From assembly GCA_963668645.2 (NCBI GenBank), contig CAXXWC010000001.1, positions 512,001-576,000 of the forward strand: a stretch of DNA of 64,000 nucleotides, given 5' to 3'. The notes beneath the pieces are model-generated. The model saw nothing but the letters and a program-made list of their open reading frames with translations. It did not search any database and was not told the origin of the DNA. Below are positions 29,886-39,765 of the stretch, piece after piece; position 1 is the first letter of the stretch; each line of letters starts with the position of its first letter. Source of the stretch: Desulfobacterales bacterium. GTDB lineage: Bacteria; Desulfobacterota; Desulfobacteria; Desulfobacterales; UBA2174. The position numbers and the translations under genes were made by a program.

Positions 29886-31043
29886 ATGGGTCCGGACAGT
29901 CTGCTTTGCCCTGAATGCGGTTTCGAAAATCCCCTGGACGCCGAGTACTGCGGAGGCTGCGGCAAACACATCATCCAGGAAGCGGTCGATCTGGCCACAC
30001 TTTCGCGATCACCTTTGGACGCTGAAGCCTATACGGTCGCCTTTGTCTGCCCCAAATGCGGCCACCCCTCCGACCTGGCAACGCCCGACTGCTTGAAGTG
30101 CGGCATTATCTTTACCAAGTGGTACGAGGGGCTCGATGACCTTTCAGTCGAAGAAGCCGAACAACTTGCCCGCTTGCGCGAAATTCAATCCGAACGGGAG
30201 CGGGCTGCCGAAGCCGAAAACCGGCGGATCGAGGCGCAACGCAAAGCCGAACTGGAACGTCAGCGCGAGGCGTTAAAACGCCGCAAGGCCCAGATCCAGG
30301 CCCAACGTGAGGCCGAGGCAGCCGCCCGGCAAAAAGCAGAAGAAGAGGCCCGGCAGCGCGCTGAGGCAACCAAACGGCAACACGCCGAAAAAGACGCCCG
30401 CTTAAAGGCCGAGGCAGAAAAACGCCGCCAGGCCGAGGAGGAAGCCCGCCAAAAAGCCGAAGCAGAAGAGCACCGCCGGGCCGCCGAGGAAGAAGCCCGC
30501 CAAAAGGCCGAGGCAGAAAAACGCCGCCAGGCCGAGGAGGAAGCCCACCTAAAAGCCGAGGCAGAAGAGCGTCGCCAGGCCGAAGAAGACGCCCGCCAAA
30601 AGGCCGAGGCAGAAAAACGCCGCCAGGCCGAGGAGGAAGCCCGCCTAAAAACCGATGCAGAAAAGCGCCGGCAAGCCGAAGAAGACGCCCGCCTGAAGGC
30701 CGAGGAAGACGCCCGCCAAAAGGCTGAAGTCATTAAACAGGAAAAGACCTTCAGCATGCAGCAGATCCTCAAGGCCCTGCGCCCCAAGGGACGCCTGAGC
30801 GACCTGCTGCGCAAATACGAAAATCGCTCGGTGGGACTGAAACGCGGTGCCGACAAGCCCCTGGAGGCCCTGACACTGCTCAGGACACTTGAAGATTATA
30901 TGGTCTTGCATGCCGAGGACACCTCACGGCTGGTCCACATCCCGCTTGGCCGCATCGATCGTCTCGAAGAAAACCTCGACAGCCAGAACGGTACTTCGGA
31001 GGCCAATGGAACCCTTGTGATCGTTCTGATCGGCTCTGCCTGA
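29886..31043 (+). CDS. Zinc-ribbon protein with a long E/R/K/A-rich repeat helix
   Basis: CPECG..YCGGCG, CPKCG..CLKCG; GAGGAG SD before ATG 29886; the track TTG start at 29775 coincides with a TTGACA -35 box. Confidence 0.75.
   Translation: MGPDSLLCPECGFENPLDAEYCGGCGKHIIQEAVDLATLSRSPLDAEAYTVAFVCPKCGHPSDLATPDCLKCGIIFTKWYEGLDDLSVEEAEQLARLREIQSERERAAEAENRRIEAQRKAELERQREALKRRKAQIQAQREAEAAARQKAEEEARQRAEATKRQHAEKDARLKAEAEKRRQAEEEARQKAEAEEHRRAAEEEARQKAEAEKRRQAEEEAHLKAEAEERRQAEEDARQKAEAEKRRQAEEEARLKTDAEKRRQAEEDARLKAEEDARQKAEVIKQEKTFSMQQILKALRPKGRLSDLLRKYENRSVGLKRGADKPLEALTLLRTLEDYMVLHAEDTSRLVHIPLGRIDRLEENLDSQNGTSEANGTLVIVLIGSA
30408..30725 (+). repeat. About six imperfect 48-nt (16-aa AEAEKRRQAEEEARQK) coding tandem repeats
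   Basis: Visible in both DNA and translation. Confidence 0.85.
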
Positions 31044-31061
31044 GACGGCCGGCGGATCGTC

Positions 31062-32540
31062 ATGCAGACTTACCTCTTTTACGACCTGGAAACCACCGGA
31101 CTTAACCGGGCCTTCGACCAGCCGCTACAGTTTGCCGCCATCCGAACCGATCTGCAGCTCGCGGAGTTGGAACGCTACGATCTGGCCATTCGTCTGCGGC
31201 CGGACATCGTCCCTTCGCCCCTGGCGGTGCTGACCCACCGCTTGGGGCCCAAGACAATGGCCCGGGGACGCAGCGAATACGACGCTGTGGGCCAGATCCA
31301 TGCCATTTTCAACCGCCCCGGCACCCTGAGTATCGGGTACAACTCCCTCGGTTTCGACGACGAATGCCTGCGCTTTGCTTTCTACCGCAACCTGCTGGCG
31401 CCCTATACCCACCAGTTCAAAAACGGCTGCGGGCGTATCGACCTGCTGGCATTTACCGCGGTGTATCGACTGTTCAAGCCCTCCGGACTCCAGTGGCCTG
31501 TCCGCGACGGCCGGGCCTCCCTGCGCCTGGAGGATCTCAATGCGGTCAACCACTTGAGCACCGGGCGGGCCCATACGGCCATGGCCGATGTGGAAGCCCT
31601 GCTCGCGTTGGCCCGGCGGCTGCGGGCCGAAGCCGAGACTTGGGCCTACCTGAGCCGGCGTTTCGACAAAACCGCCGATCGGGATCAGATCCACCGGATA
31701 CCGCCCGTCATCACCGCCGGCCGAACCGACTGCCGCCTGGCCCTGTTGGTATCCAGTGAATTCGGCGCCTCGGCCGATCACATGGCCCCAGCCTTGGGCA
31801 TCGGCCCCTCGCAAGCCTATGCCAACCAGCGTCTCTGGCTGCGCCTGGACCATCCGGACCTGGCCCGGGCCACTGCGGCCGACGTGGCGCAGACCACCCG
31901 CATCGTGCGCAAAAAATACGGCGAACCACCCCTGGTCCTGCCGCCGCTGCCGCGCTACTGGAACCGGCTCGACCCGTCGCGGCGCGAGCTGGTCAACGGC
32001 AATCTGGACCGTCTGAACCGCGATTCGGATCTGCTCGAAGCCCTGATCGCTTATCATCGCGCCTGGCAATATCCCGACGTCCCCAATGTGGATGCAGATG
32101 CCGCCTTGTACCGCGAGGGCTTCTGGAGCGATGAAGACCGGCGCCGTTTCGACCGATTCCATCAGGCAGGCCCTGTCGAAGGGCTGGCCCTGGCACCCAC
32201 CTTCAGCACCCCTTACGCCCGCAGTTTGGGGTTGCGCATCGTCTTCCGAAATTTCCCCGGCCCCCATCCGCCGGAAGTCTCCCGGGCTTGGCAGGATTTT
32301 TCCCGCCGCATCGATCCGACCAGCGACGATCTGGTCCCGGTGGATCACCGCGGCTGCCCGAGGCGCACGCCGTCCTCGGCCCGCAGCCAAATCCAAACCC
32401 TGCTGGCAGAACCTGACCGGTCGCCAGAGGATCGCCGCTTGCTCGAATCCCTGGATACTTTCATCGCCGGGCGCTTCGGTATCGGAGCTGATCCGCATGC
32501 AGTCGTCACAGATAACGGAGAATGTTTGAATAATGGTTGA
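31062..32540 (+). CDS. sbcB: Exodeoxyribonuclease I (DEDDh)
   Basis: FYDLETTG, DQPLQFAAIRTD, GYNSLGFDDE, LRLEDL, AHTAMADV. Confidence 0.88.
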   Translation: MQTYLFYDLETTGLNRAFDQPLQFAAIRTDLQLAELERYDLAIRLRPDIVPSPLAVLTHRLGPKTMARGRSEYDAVGQIHAIFNRPGTLSIGYNSLGFDDECLRFAFYRNLLAPYTHQFKNGCGRIDLLAFTAVYRLFKPSGLQWPVRDGRASLRLEDLNAVNHLSTGRAHTAMADVEALLALARRLRAEAETWAYLSRRFDKTADRDQIHRIPPVITAGRTDCRLALLVSSEFGASADHMAPALGIGPSQAYANQRLWLRLDHPDLARATAADVAQTTRIVRKKYGEPPLVLPPLPRYWNRLDPSRRELVNGNLDRLNRDSDLLEALIAYHRAWQYPDVPNVDADAALYREGFWSDEDRRRFDRFHQAGPVEGLALAPTFSTPYARSLGLRIVFRNFPGPHPPEVSRAWQDFSRRIDPTSDDLVPVDHRGCPRRTPSSARSQIQTLLAEPDRSPEDRRLLESLDTFIAGRFGIGADPHAVVTDNGECLNNG

Positions 32541-33672
32541 TTTCGACTTCGACACCCCCATCGATCGGACCGGCAGCGCCAGCCTCAAATGGAGCCGCTA
32601 CGCCGATCCGCGGATTCTACCCATGTGGGTGGCCGACATGGACTTTGCCGCTCCCCCGGCCGTTACCTCAGCGCTGGCCGAACGATGCCGCCATCCGGTC
32701 TACGGCTACACCGTGGATCCCGAAGAATTGGCCGAGGCGGTTTGCCGCCATCTGGCAACCCATTACGCATGGACCATCGATGCGGCTTGGATCGTCTGGC
32801 TTCCCGGTCTGGTCACCGGCATCAACCTGGCCTGCCGGACCGCAGGAAGACCCGGAGATGCCGTGCTGACCTGCGTGCCGGTCTACCCGCCTTTTCTGAC
32901 CGCTCCCGGCCATTTCGGCCGGACCCTTCAGACCGTTGCCCTGGTGCGCGGCGAAAATCGCTGGCACCTCGATCTTGAACGGATCGAAGCGGCCATCGGT
33001 CCCCGGACCCGCTTGCTGCTTTTGTGCAGCCCCCACAACCCGGTGGGCCGGGCCTTTACGAGCGAAGAACTCTCGGCCCTGGCCGAAATTGCCCGGCGCC
33101 ATGATCTGATTGTCTGCTCGGACGAAATCCACTGCGATCTGATCCTCGAAGCGGATCGGCGCCATATCCCCTTTGCGAGCCTCGATGCGGATACCGCCGC
33201 ACGGACCATCACCCTGATGGCGCCGAGCAAGACGTACAATATTCCCGGGTTGGGATGCGCCTTTGCCGTGATCGGTGATGAGGGCCTGCGACGCCGCTTT
33301 CGCCAGACCATGGCCGGAATCGTCCCCGACGTGAACCTCTTCGGCTATACCGGGGCACTGGCAGCCCTGACCCAGGGAGAAGCCTGGCGCCGGGCGGCTA
33401 TCGCGTACCTGAGGGCCAACCGCGACCTGGTCGCCGCGCGCATCTCATCCATGCCCGGACTTGAGACCACCCCGGTGGAAGCCACCTACCTTGCCTGGAT
33501 CGACACCCGTAGGCGGGGACTGACGGCGCCAGCGGCCTTTTTCGAACGCGCCGGCGTGGGCCTGTCGGATGGCGCCGAATTCGGGGCTCCGGGCTTCGTA
33601 CGGCTCAATTTCGGCTGCCCGCGCCGGATCCTCGAAGAAGCCTTGAACCGGATGGAACAGGCCCTGAAATGA
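32533..33672 (+). CDS. MalY/PatB family PLP-dependent C-S lyase
   Basis: LPMWVADMDF, LCSPHNPVG, SDEIH, APSKTYN, RLNFGCP. Confidence 0.92.
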   Translation: MVDFDFDTPIDRTGSASLKWSRYADPRILPMWVADMDFAAPPAVTSALAERCRHPVYGYTVDPEELAEAVCRHLATHYAWTIDAAWIVWLPGLVTGINLACRTAGRPGDAVLTCVPVYPPFLTAPGHFGRTLQTVALVRGENRWHLDLERIEAAIGPRTRLLLLCSPHNPVGRAFTSEELSALAEIARRHDLIVCSDEIHCDLILEADRRHIPFASLDADTAARTITLMAPSKTYNIPGLGCAFAVIGDEGLRRRFRQTMAGIVPDVNLFGYTGALAALTQGEAWRRAAIAYLRANRDLVAARISSMPGLETTPVEATYLAWIDTRRRGLTAPAAFFERAGVGLSDGAEFGAPGFVRLNFGCPRRILEEALNRMEQALK

Positions 33673-33774
33673 AAGGGGAATCAAAGACAGACCCGAGGCC
33701 AAAAGACGAGTACCGATATCTGGATCCCGTTCTCCGTGCTATCCAACCGCTGACCACTGATTCAGGAGTTTGCC

Positions 33775-35079
33775 GTGAGCCAAACCAAGATCACCCTTAC
33801 CTCTGGGATTGCCGACCTGGACCGCCTTCTGGGCGGCGGCATCTTCCTTGGAGACAACGTCATCTGGTATGACGACGCCGGCAGCCTGGCTCCGGTTTTC
33901 TGCCTGAATTTTATCCGGTTCGGACTCGAACAGAAAAGACCCATCGTTTACGTCGACTTCGATCACTCTGTCACGCACCTGATCGAACTGCTCGGCCCGC
34001 TGGCCGACAGCCCCCATCTGACCATCCTGGACGCCTTTACCCACGGCAAGGGCGATGGGGCCGATATCTTCCTAAAATTTTACAAGGAAAAGGGCTCCCG
34101 CCCCGCCGGTCGGGTTTTGAAGATCGAGACGCCGCGGGACATCGATGCCTTTACCGCCGCTTTGTACCGGCTCCAACGGGAACTGGCCGGTCATGTGGGG
34201 CTGGTTTTCGACAGCCTCACCGGAATGCAGGCCTTGTGGGGCGGCGAAGAGACGCTCTTGCAATTCTACTCGCGGGCCTGCCCCCGGCTTTATGAATTGA
34301 ATACCATCGCCTACTGGATCATTGAAAGGGGCGCCCACAGCCAGCGCCTGCGCTCTCACCTGAACCAGATCACCCAGGTGGCGGTGGAACTTTCGGTGCG
34401 GCGCGGCAAGACCGCTTTGACCCTGCTCAAGGCGGCCATGCACGATACCCAGCGGCTCAACACTCCCCTGCCCTATCGGTCCCGCGGCCTGGAAGTAACC
34501 ATCGACGCCGACAGCCACACCCCCGGCGCCATCGACCTGGGCAGCCGCATCCGCGTTCTGCGCACCCGCCGGGGACTTTCACAGACCGAACTGGCCAGGG
34601 GCGTCGGGGTGACCCCCTCGACCATCAGCCAGGTGGAGCACAGTCAGATCTATCCATCCCTTCCGGCGCTCTATAAAATCAGTGAAATGCTCGGCGTGGA
34701 GATGGGCGCGCTCTTCGGAAAGACCGGTGACCAGCGCGCTCCCACCATCTTTGCCGCCAGTCAGGCCAAGGTGTTAAGCTTGGCGCCGGCCTGGCGCGGG
34801 GCTGCCATGATCCGCCGCCTGCTGCCAGCGGGCTTCGAGACGGCGGCAGAGCTATTTTCGGTGGAAATCTCAGCCGGGGCAAGGGTCGGAGAGCACTTTC
34901 TGATCCACAAAGGCGAGGAGGCCGGCTACCTGGAAAGCGGTGAACTGATCATGCGCCTTGACGGCGGTGTCCAAACCGTGCATCCCGGCGACCTGATCTA
35001 TCTGAAGCGCGAAACGCCTCTCGGCTGGGAGAATCCAGGCCCTGAAACGGCCCGCATGATCTGGGTAACCATCGGATAG
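33775..35079 (+). CDS. Regulator: degenerate KaiC/RecA-like domain + XRE HTH + cupin
   Basis: TSGIADLDRLLGGG, VFDSL; LSQTELARGVGVTPSTISQVE; HKGEEAGYL cupin. Confidence 0.85.
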   Translation: MSQTKITLTSGIADLDRLLGGGIFLGDNVIWYDDAGSLAPVFCLNFIRFGLEQKRPIVYVDFDHSVTHLIELLGPLADSPHLTILDAFTHGKGDGADIFLKFYKEKGSRPAGRVLKIETPRDIDAFTAALYRLQRELAGHVGLVFDSLTGMQALWGGEETLLQFYSRACPRLYELNTIAYWIIERGAHSQRLRSHLNQITQVAVELSVRRGKTALTLLKAAMHDTQRLNTPLPYRSRGLEVTIDADSHTPGAIDLGSRIRVLRTRRGLSQTELARGVGVTPSTISQVEHSQIYPSLPALYKISEMLGVEMGALFGKTGDQRAPTIFAASQAKVLSLAPAWRGAAMIRRLLPAGFETAAELFSVEISAGARVGEHFLIHKGEEAGYLESGELIMRLDGGVQTVHPGDLIYLKRETPLGWENPGPETARMIWVTIG

Positions 35080-35116
35080 GCCGCGGCGACCTCTGGACGC
35101 ACCAACCCTTTCCGCT

Positions 35117-35153
35117 TAAAACAAGGACGGCCCGGGAAGATCCCCGGGCCGTC
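35117..35153 (-). terminator. Intrinsic terminator between the convergent regulator and gdhA genes
   Basis: GACGGCCCGGG/CCCGGGCCGTC stem (35126-35153), followed on the minus strand by CTTGTTTTA. Confidence 0.6.
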
Positions 35154-35237
35154 TCGATGTGCATCGTAGCTGTATCCTGTTTTCTCTGCCAGTCCGGTCA
35201 CATCAACCGGCCGGCAATGCCAGAACCGATCAAACCA

Positions 35238-36638
<1,401 letters not shown>

Positions 36639-36941
36639 TCACGTTGAGCAACACTGCCTTTTTGGCGGGCCGGCCTTTCTTACCGCCCTCACCGTTCCGG
36701 CTACTGTAGCATAATAGATTCCTAGGGAGGTAATCTTTTGACAAAAATGTTTCCCCGAAAAAATCGACCTAACATAAAGAATTTTAAAAGGGGCGGGAAA
36801 CACCTCAGGGATCGCGGAAGTTTTTTTGCCATGACAATCCCGTGCGGATGAACCGCCGCCACCATCAGCCCAGGCAACTCCGAATTTATAGCATTCCATA
36901 CCGGCCTGTATGATGCGGCGGTCCCGGAAAACTCCGCACGC

Positions 36942-38525
36942 TCAGGCGTCGATGACCGCCAGTGCCTCTTCGCGGTAGGCTTCCATCACGTAGGGAATGC
37001 CGGTAATCCGAGCACACTCTTCGGTCAGCGAAAAGATATCGCGCCGTGAAATGTAAGGCACCGCCCAGTTGCGTGAACCGGCCATGATCTGTTGCAGACC
37101 GACCTTGATCTTGTCCACTGCGCTAAAAAGGCCGATGGCTCCAAGAGGCAGCCGATTGACCTCCTCGCCGTATTTTTGCCGCAGCACTTCAAAGCTCATG
37201 AAGATTTCTTCCTTGGTCGACCCGAAGCGCGACACGGTTGGCGGCAGGCCGCCGTCTTCACCGCGCAGCCAGCGCTCGGTGTTCTTGCCCACCATGCCCG
37301 GAATCATCAGGGCCCGCCCCATGCAGACCGCTTTGCAGTAAGGCGCGCCCAGGGCCAGGGCCTTGAAGACATGGTCTTCGGAAGAGAATCCGCCGGCAAA
37401 GGCAATGTCCGGCACCGGAAGGCCCCGCCGGGCCAGCCGCTCGCAAAGTTCGTAAGCCATCGAATGCAGGTAGATCGACGGGATGCCCCATTCGGTCATC
37501 ATGCGCCAGGGACTCATCCCGGTGCCGCCCGGTGCCCCGTCGATGGTCAACAGGTCGATCTTGGCGTCGCTCGACCAGCGGATGGCCATGGCCAGCTCGC
37601 GCATCGGGTAGGCCCCGGTCTTGAGCGTGATCCGTTTGGCGCCCAGCTTGCGCAGCCGCTCGACTTCGGCCATGAATCCTTCCTGGTCGATAAAGCCCAG
37701 CCGCGAATGGCGCTCGAACTGCTTGAGGGGACCGGCCTTGAACGCCGCCTGAAAGGCGGGGTTCTCCGGGTCCGGGGTGACGATGTAGCCGCGCTTTTTC
37801 AGCTCGATGGCCCGCTCGATGGAGTTGACCTTGATCTCGCCGCCGATGCACTTGGCTCCCTGCCCCCATTTGAGTTCGATGGTTTCAACCCCGAGTTTTT
37901 CGATCACGTACTCGGCCACCCCGTTGCGGGTGTCCTCGACGTTCATTTGCACCAGGATGTCGCCGTAGCCTTCATGGTAACGCCGGTATTCGGCCACCCG
38001 GCGATCCATCTCGGGCGACTTGGCCACCTTGCCATGGGCGTTGAACTCCAGCCCAGGGTCGATGCCGCAAACGTTCTCCCCACAAACGAGGGAGATCCCG
38101 CTGATGGCGGCTCCGACGGCGAAATGCTGCCAGTTTTTGCGTGCGATCTCCGTGCTGCCCAGGGCACCGGTGAAGATCGGAACCCGCATCTTGACCTTAT
38201 CGGTAACCCCGAAGCGCGTCTCGGTGTCCACGTTGGGGAAAGTGGCCTGGTCCGGGTCGGCTTCGATCCCCTTGGCCCCCATGGCATATCCCATGATGTT
38301 CAGATGGGAGTAGTCAACCGGGTAGTCCTTGTCGGCCCCGGCGGTGATGCTCCCGAAGGGCTGGGGGTAGAGCAGTTCGCGGCCTCGGAAAGTGGCCCGG
38401 AACATGTCGCAGTTGCCCTTGCAGCCGTCGATGCAGCGGCTGCAAAGGCCGGACTGGGGTGCGACATCCCGTGATCGGTTCTTGGTTTCCAGCGCGTCGT
38501 TGGCATTCGGTCGGTGCAGATTCAT
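36942..38525 (-). CDS. Stand-alone FMN-binding glutamate synthase family protein
   Basis: IELKWGQGAK, LTIDGAPGGTG, KALALGA; N-terminal CSRCIDGCKGNC. Confidence 0.9.
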   Translation of the reverse strand: MNLHRPNANDALETKNRSRDVAPQSGLCSRCIDGCKGNCDMFRATFRGRELLYPQPFGSITAGADKDYPVDYSHLNIMGYAMGAKGIEADPDQATFPNVDTETRFGVTDKVKMRVPIFTGALGSTEIARKNWQHFAVGAAISGISLVCGENVCGIDPGLEFNAHGKVAKSPEMDRRVAEYRRYHEGYGDILVQMNVEDTRNGVAEYVIEKLGVETIELKWGQGAKCIGGEIKVNSIERAIELKKRGYIVTPDPENPAFQAAFKAGPLKQFERHSRLGFIDQEGFMAEVERLRKLGAKRITLKTGAYPMRELAMAIRWSSDAKIDLLTIDGAPGGTGMSPWRMMTEWGIPSIYLHSMAYELCERLARRGLPVPDIAFAGGFSSEDHVFKALALGAPYCKAVCMGRALMIPGMVGKNTERWLRGEDGGLPPTVSRFGSTKEEIFMSFEVLRQKYGEEVNRLPLGAIGLFSAVDKIKVGLQQIMAGSRNWAVPYISRRDIFSLTEECARITGIPYVMEAYREEALAVIDA

Positions 38526-38685
38526 CTCGATGTCCCATCCTTGTGTCGAGGGGTGATGATTTGGGACACGCCGCCGCTCGTAGGATTTCGAGCGCACCGC
38601 GCGTCGGTTCGCAAACTTGCCGTAAAGTATGCGGGCACGGCGTCCTGCTGAACCGATCGATCACCTGCGGCGACACCGTGCCTGC

Positions 38686-38728
38686 AAAAAAGGCGCCTTT
38701 CCACTTACGTTGGGGATCGGACGCCTTT
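38686..38728 (-). terminator. Leader attenuator terminator overlapping ANTAR hairpin P2
   Basis: Minus strand AAAGGCGTCC...GGCGCCTTTTTT. Confidence 0.8.
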
Positions 38729-38761
38729 GTCACGAATGCGGGCGACAGCCACACCATTGTG
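38720..38761 (-). promoter_or_regulatory. ANTAR-binding dual-hairpin RNA motif
   Basis: P1 CAC-AATGGT-GTG and P2 GAC-AAAGGC-GTC: 3-bp stems with hexaloops carrying A1 and G4; 18-nt linker. Confidence 0.85.
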
Positions 38762-38787
38762 TCAATCGCGCTAAATTTTTCATTGAA

Positions 38788-38816
38788 TTATTAGCTAAAC
38801 TAATTTTACATGTCAA
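38788..38816 (-). promoter_or_regulatory. Putative sigma70 promoter of the ANTAR-controlled leader
   Basis: TTGACA-17 nt-TAATAA(T) in an AT-rich patch. Confidence 0.65.
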
Positions 38817-38835
38817 CCTTTTGATGGAACACCGC

Positions 38836-38899
38836 AAAAAAACGGCGCCTTCGGACCTTGGGTGCGAGTGGGGTCGCGGTCCAGGGCCTTCAGGCGCCG
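38836..38899 (-). terminator. Intrinsic terminator after the GAF-ANTAR gene
   Basis: CGGCGCCT...AGGCGCCG stem followed by T7 on the minus strand. Confidence 0.65.
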
Positions 38900-38946
38900 A
38901 AAAGGGTGCAAACGCCGGGTGTGTAAAGTGGAAACTGGGCTGAGGA

Positions 38947-39693
38947 CTATTTTTCCAGGCTGTGGGGAATACTCGAATAATAGCCGAGATCTTCGCTGAG
39001 CAAAATCGCCTCGGCCACTTCGCGCATCGATTTGCGGCTGTCCATGCTGCGCTTCTGGATCCAGCGGAAGGCATCCTCTCCGCTCATGGAGCGCCGGCGC
39101 ATCAGGATCTCCTTGGCTCTTTCGACCCGCTTGCGGGTTTCGAGTTCTTCTTTGACCAACTGGGCCTTGAGCTTCAATTCGGTGTGAAGGATCGCCGCGG
39201 CCGCCTGGTTTGCCACGGTGCGGATCAGATGGATCTCGGCTTCGGAGAATGTATGGGGCTGGGCCGTAAAGCAGTTCAGAACACCGATGATCTTGCCGTC
39301 CTGAACCTGAAGCGGTACTCCCAGCATCGATACCAGTCCGAGGCGGCGCGCCATCTCCTTTTCCTTAAAGCGCGGCTCGTCGAGCACATCTTCGACCACC
39401 AGCGGTTCACCTTGGCTGGCAACATACCCCACCACCCCCTCGTTGAAGTTGAGGGTGCGGTCCTGGAAATAAGCCGGATCGATGGACTGGGATGCTTTCA
39501 GGCGCAGCTTGCACGGGCTCGGATGCTCTTCGAGTAGCCACAGGGAGCAGATTTCAACCCCGGTGACCCGGGCCGTAACCATCACGATCAGCTTGAGAAT
39601 ATCCTCGATATACAGATCGCTGGTCACCGCACAGCTGATGTCCATCAGGGCTTTGAGGTAGGCCTCCAGGTTTTCGCCGTCGCGGTGATTCAT
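38947..39693 (-). CDS. GAF and ANTAR domain antiterminator protein
   Basis: GAF (EGVVGYVA, MLGVPL, IGVLN, VANQAA) plus ANTAR (LETRKRVERAKEILM...AFRWIQKRSMDSRKSMREVAEAI). Confidence 0.93.
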   Translation of the reverse strand: MNHRDGENLEAYLKALMDISCAVTSDLYIEDILKLIVMVTARVTGVEICSLWLLEEHPSPCKLRLKASQSIDPAYFQDRTLNFNEGVVGYVASQGEPLVVEDVLDEPRFKEKEMARRLGLVSMLGVPLQVQDGKIIGVLNCFTAQPHTFSEAEIHLIRTVANQAAAAILHTELKLKAQLVKEELETRKRVERAKEILMRRRSMSGEDAFRWIQKRSMDSRKSMREVAEAILLSEDLGYYSSIPHSLEK

Positions 39694-39765
39694 CAAAAGG
39701 CCCGCAGAGGGGTTGGAAGGTAAAAGACGCCGCGTCACTCTATTAACACCGGCACCGGGACAGGG

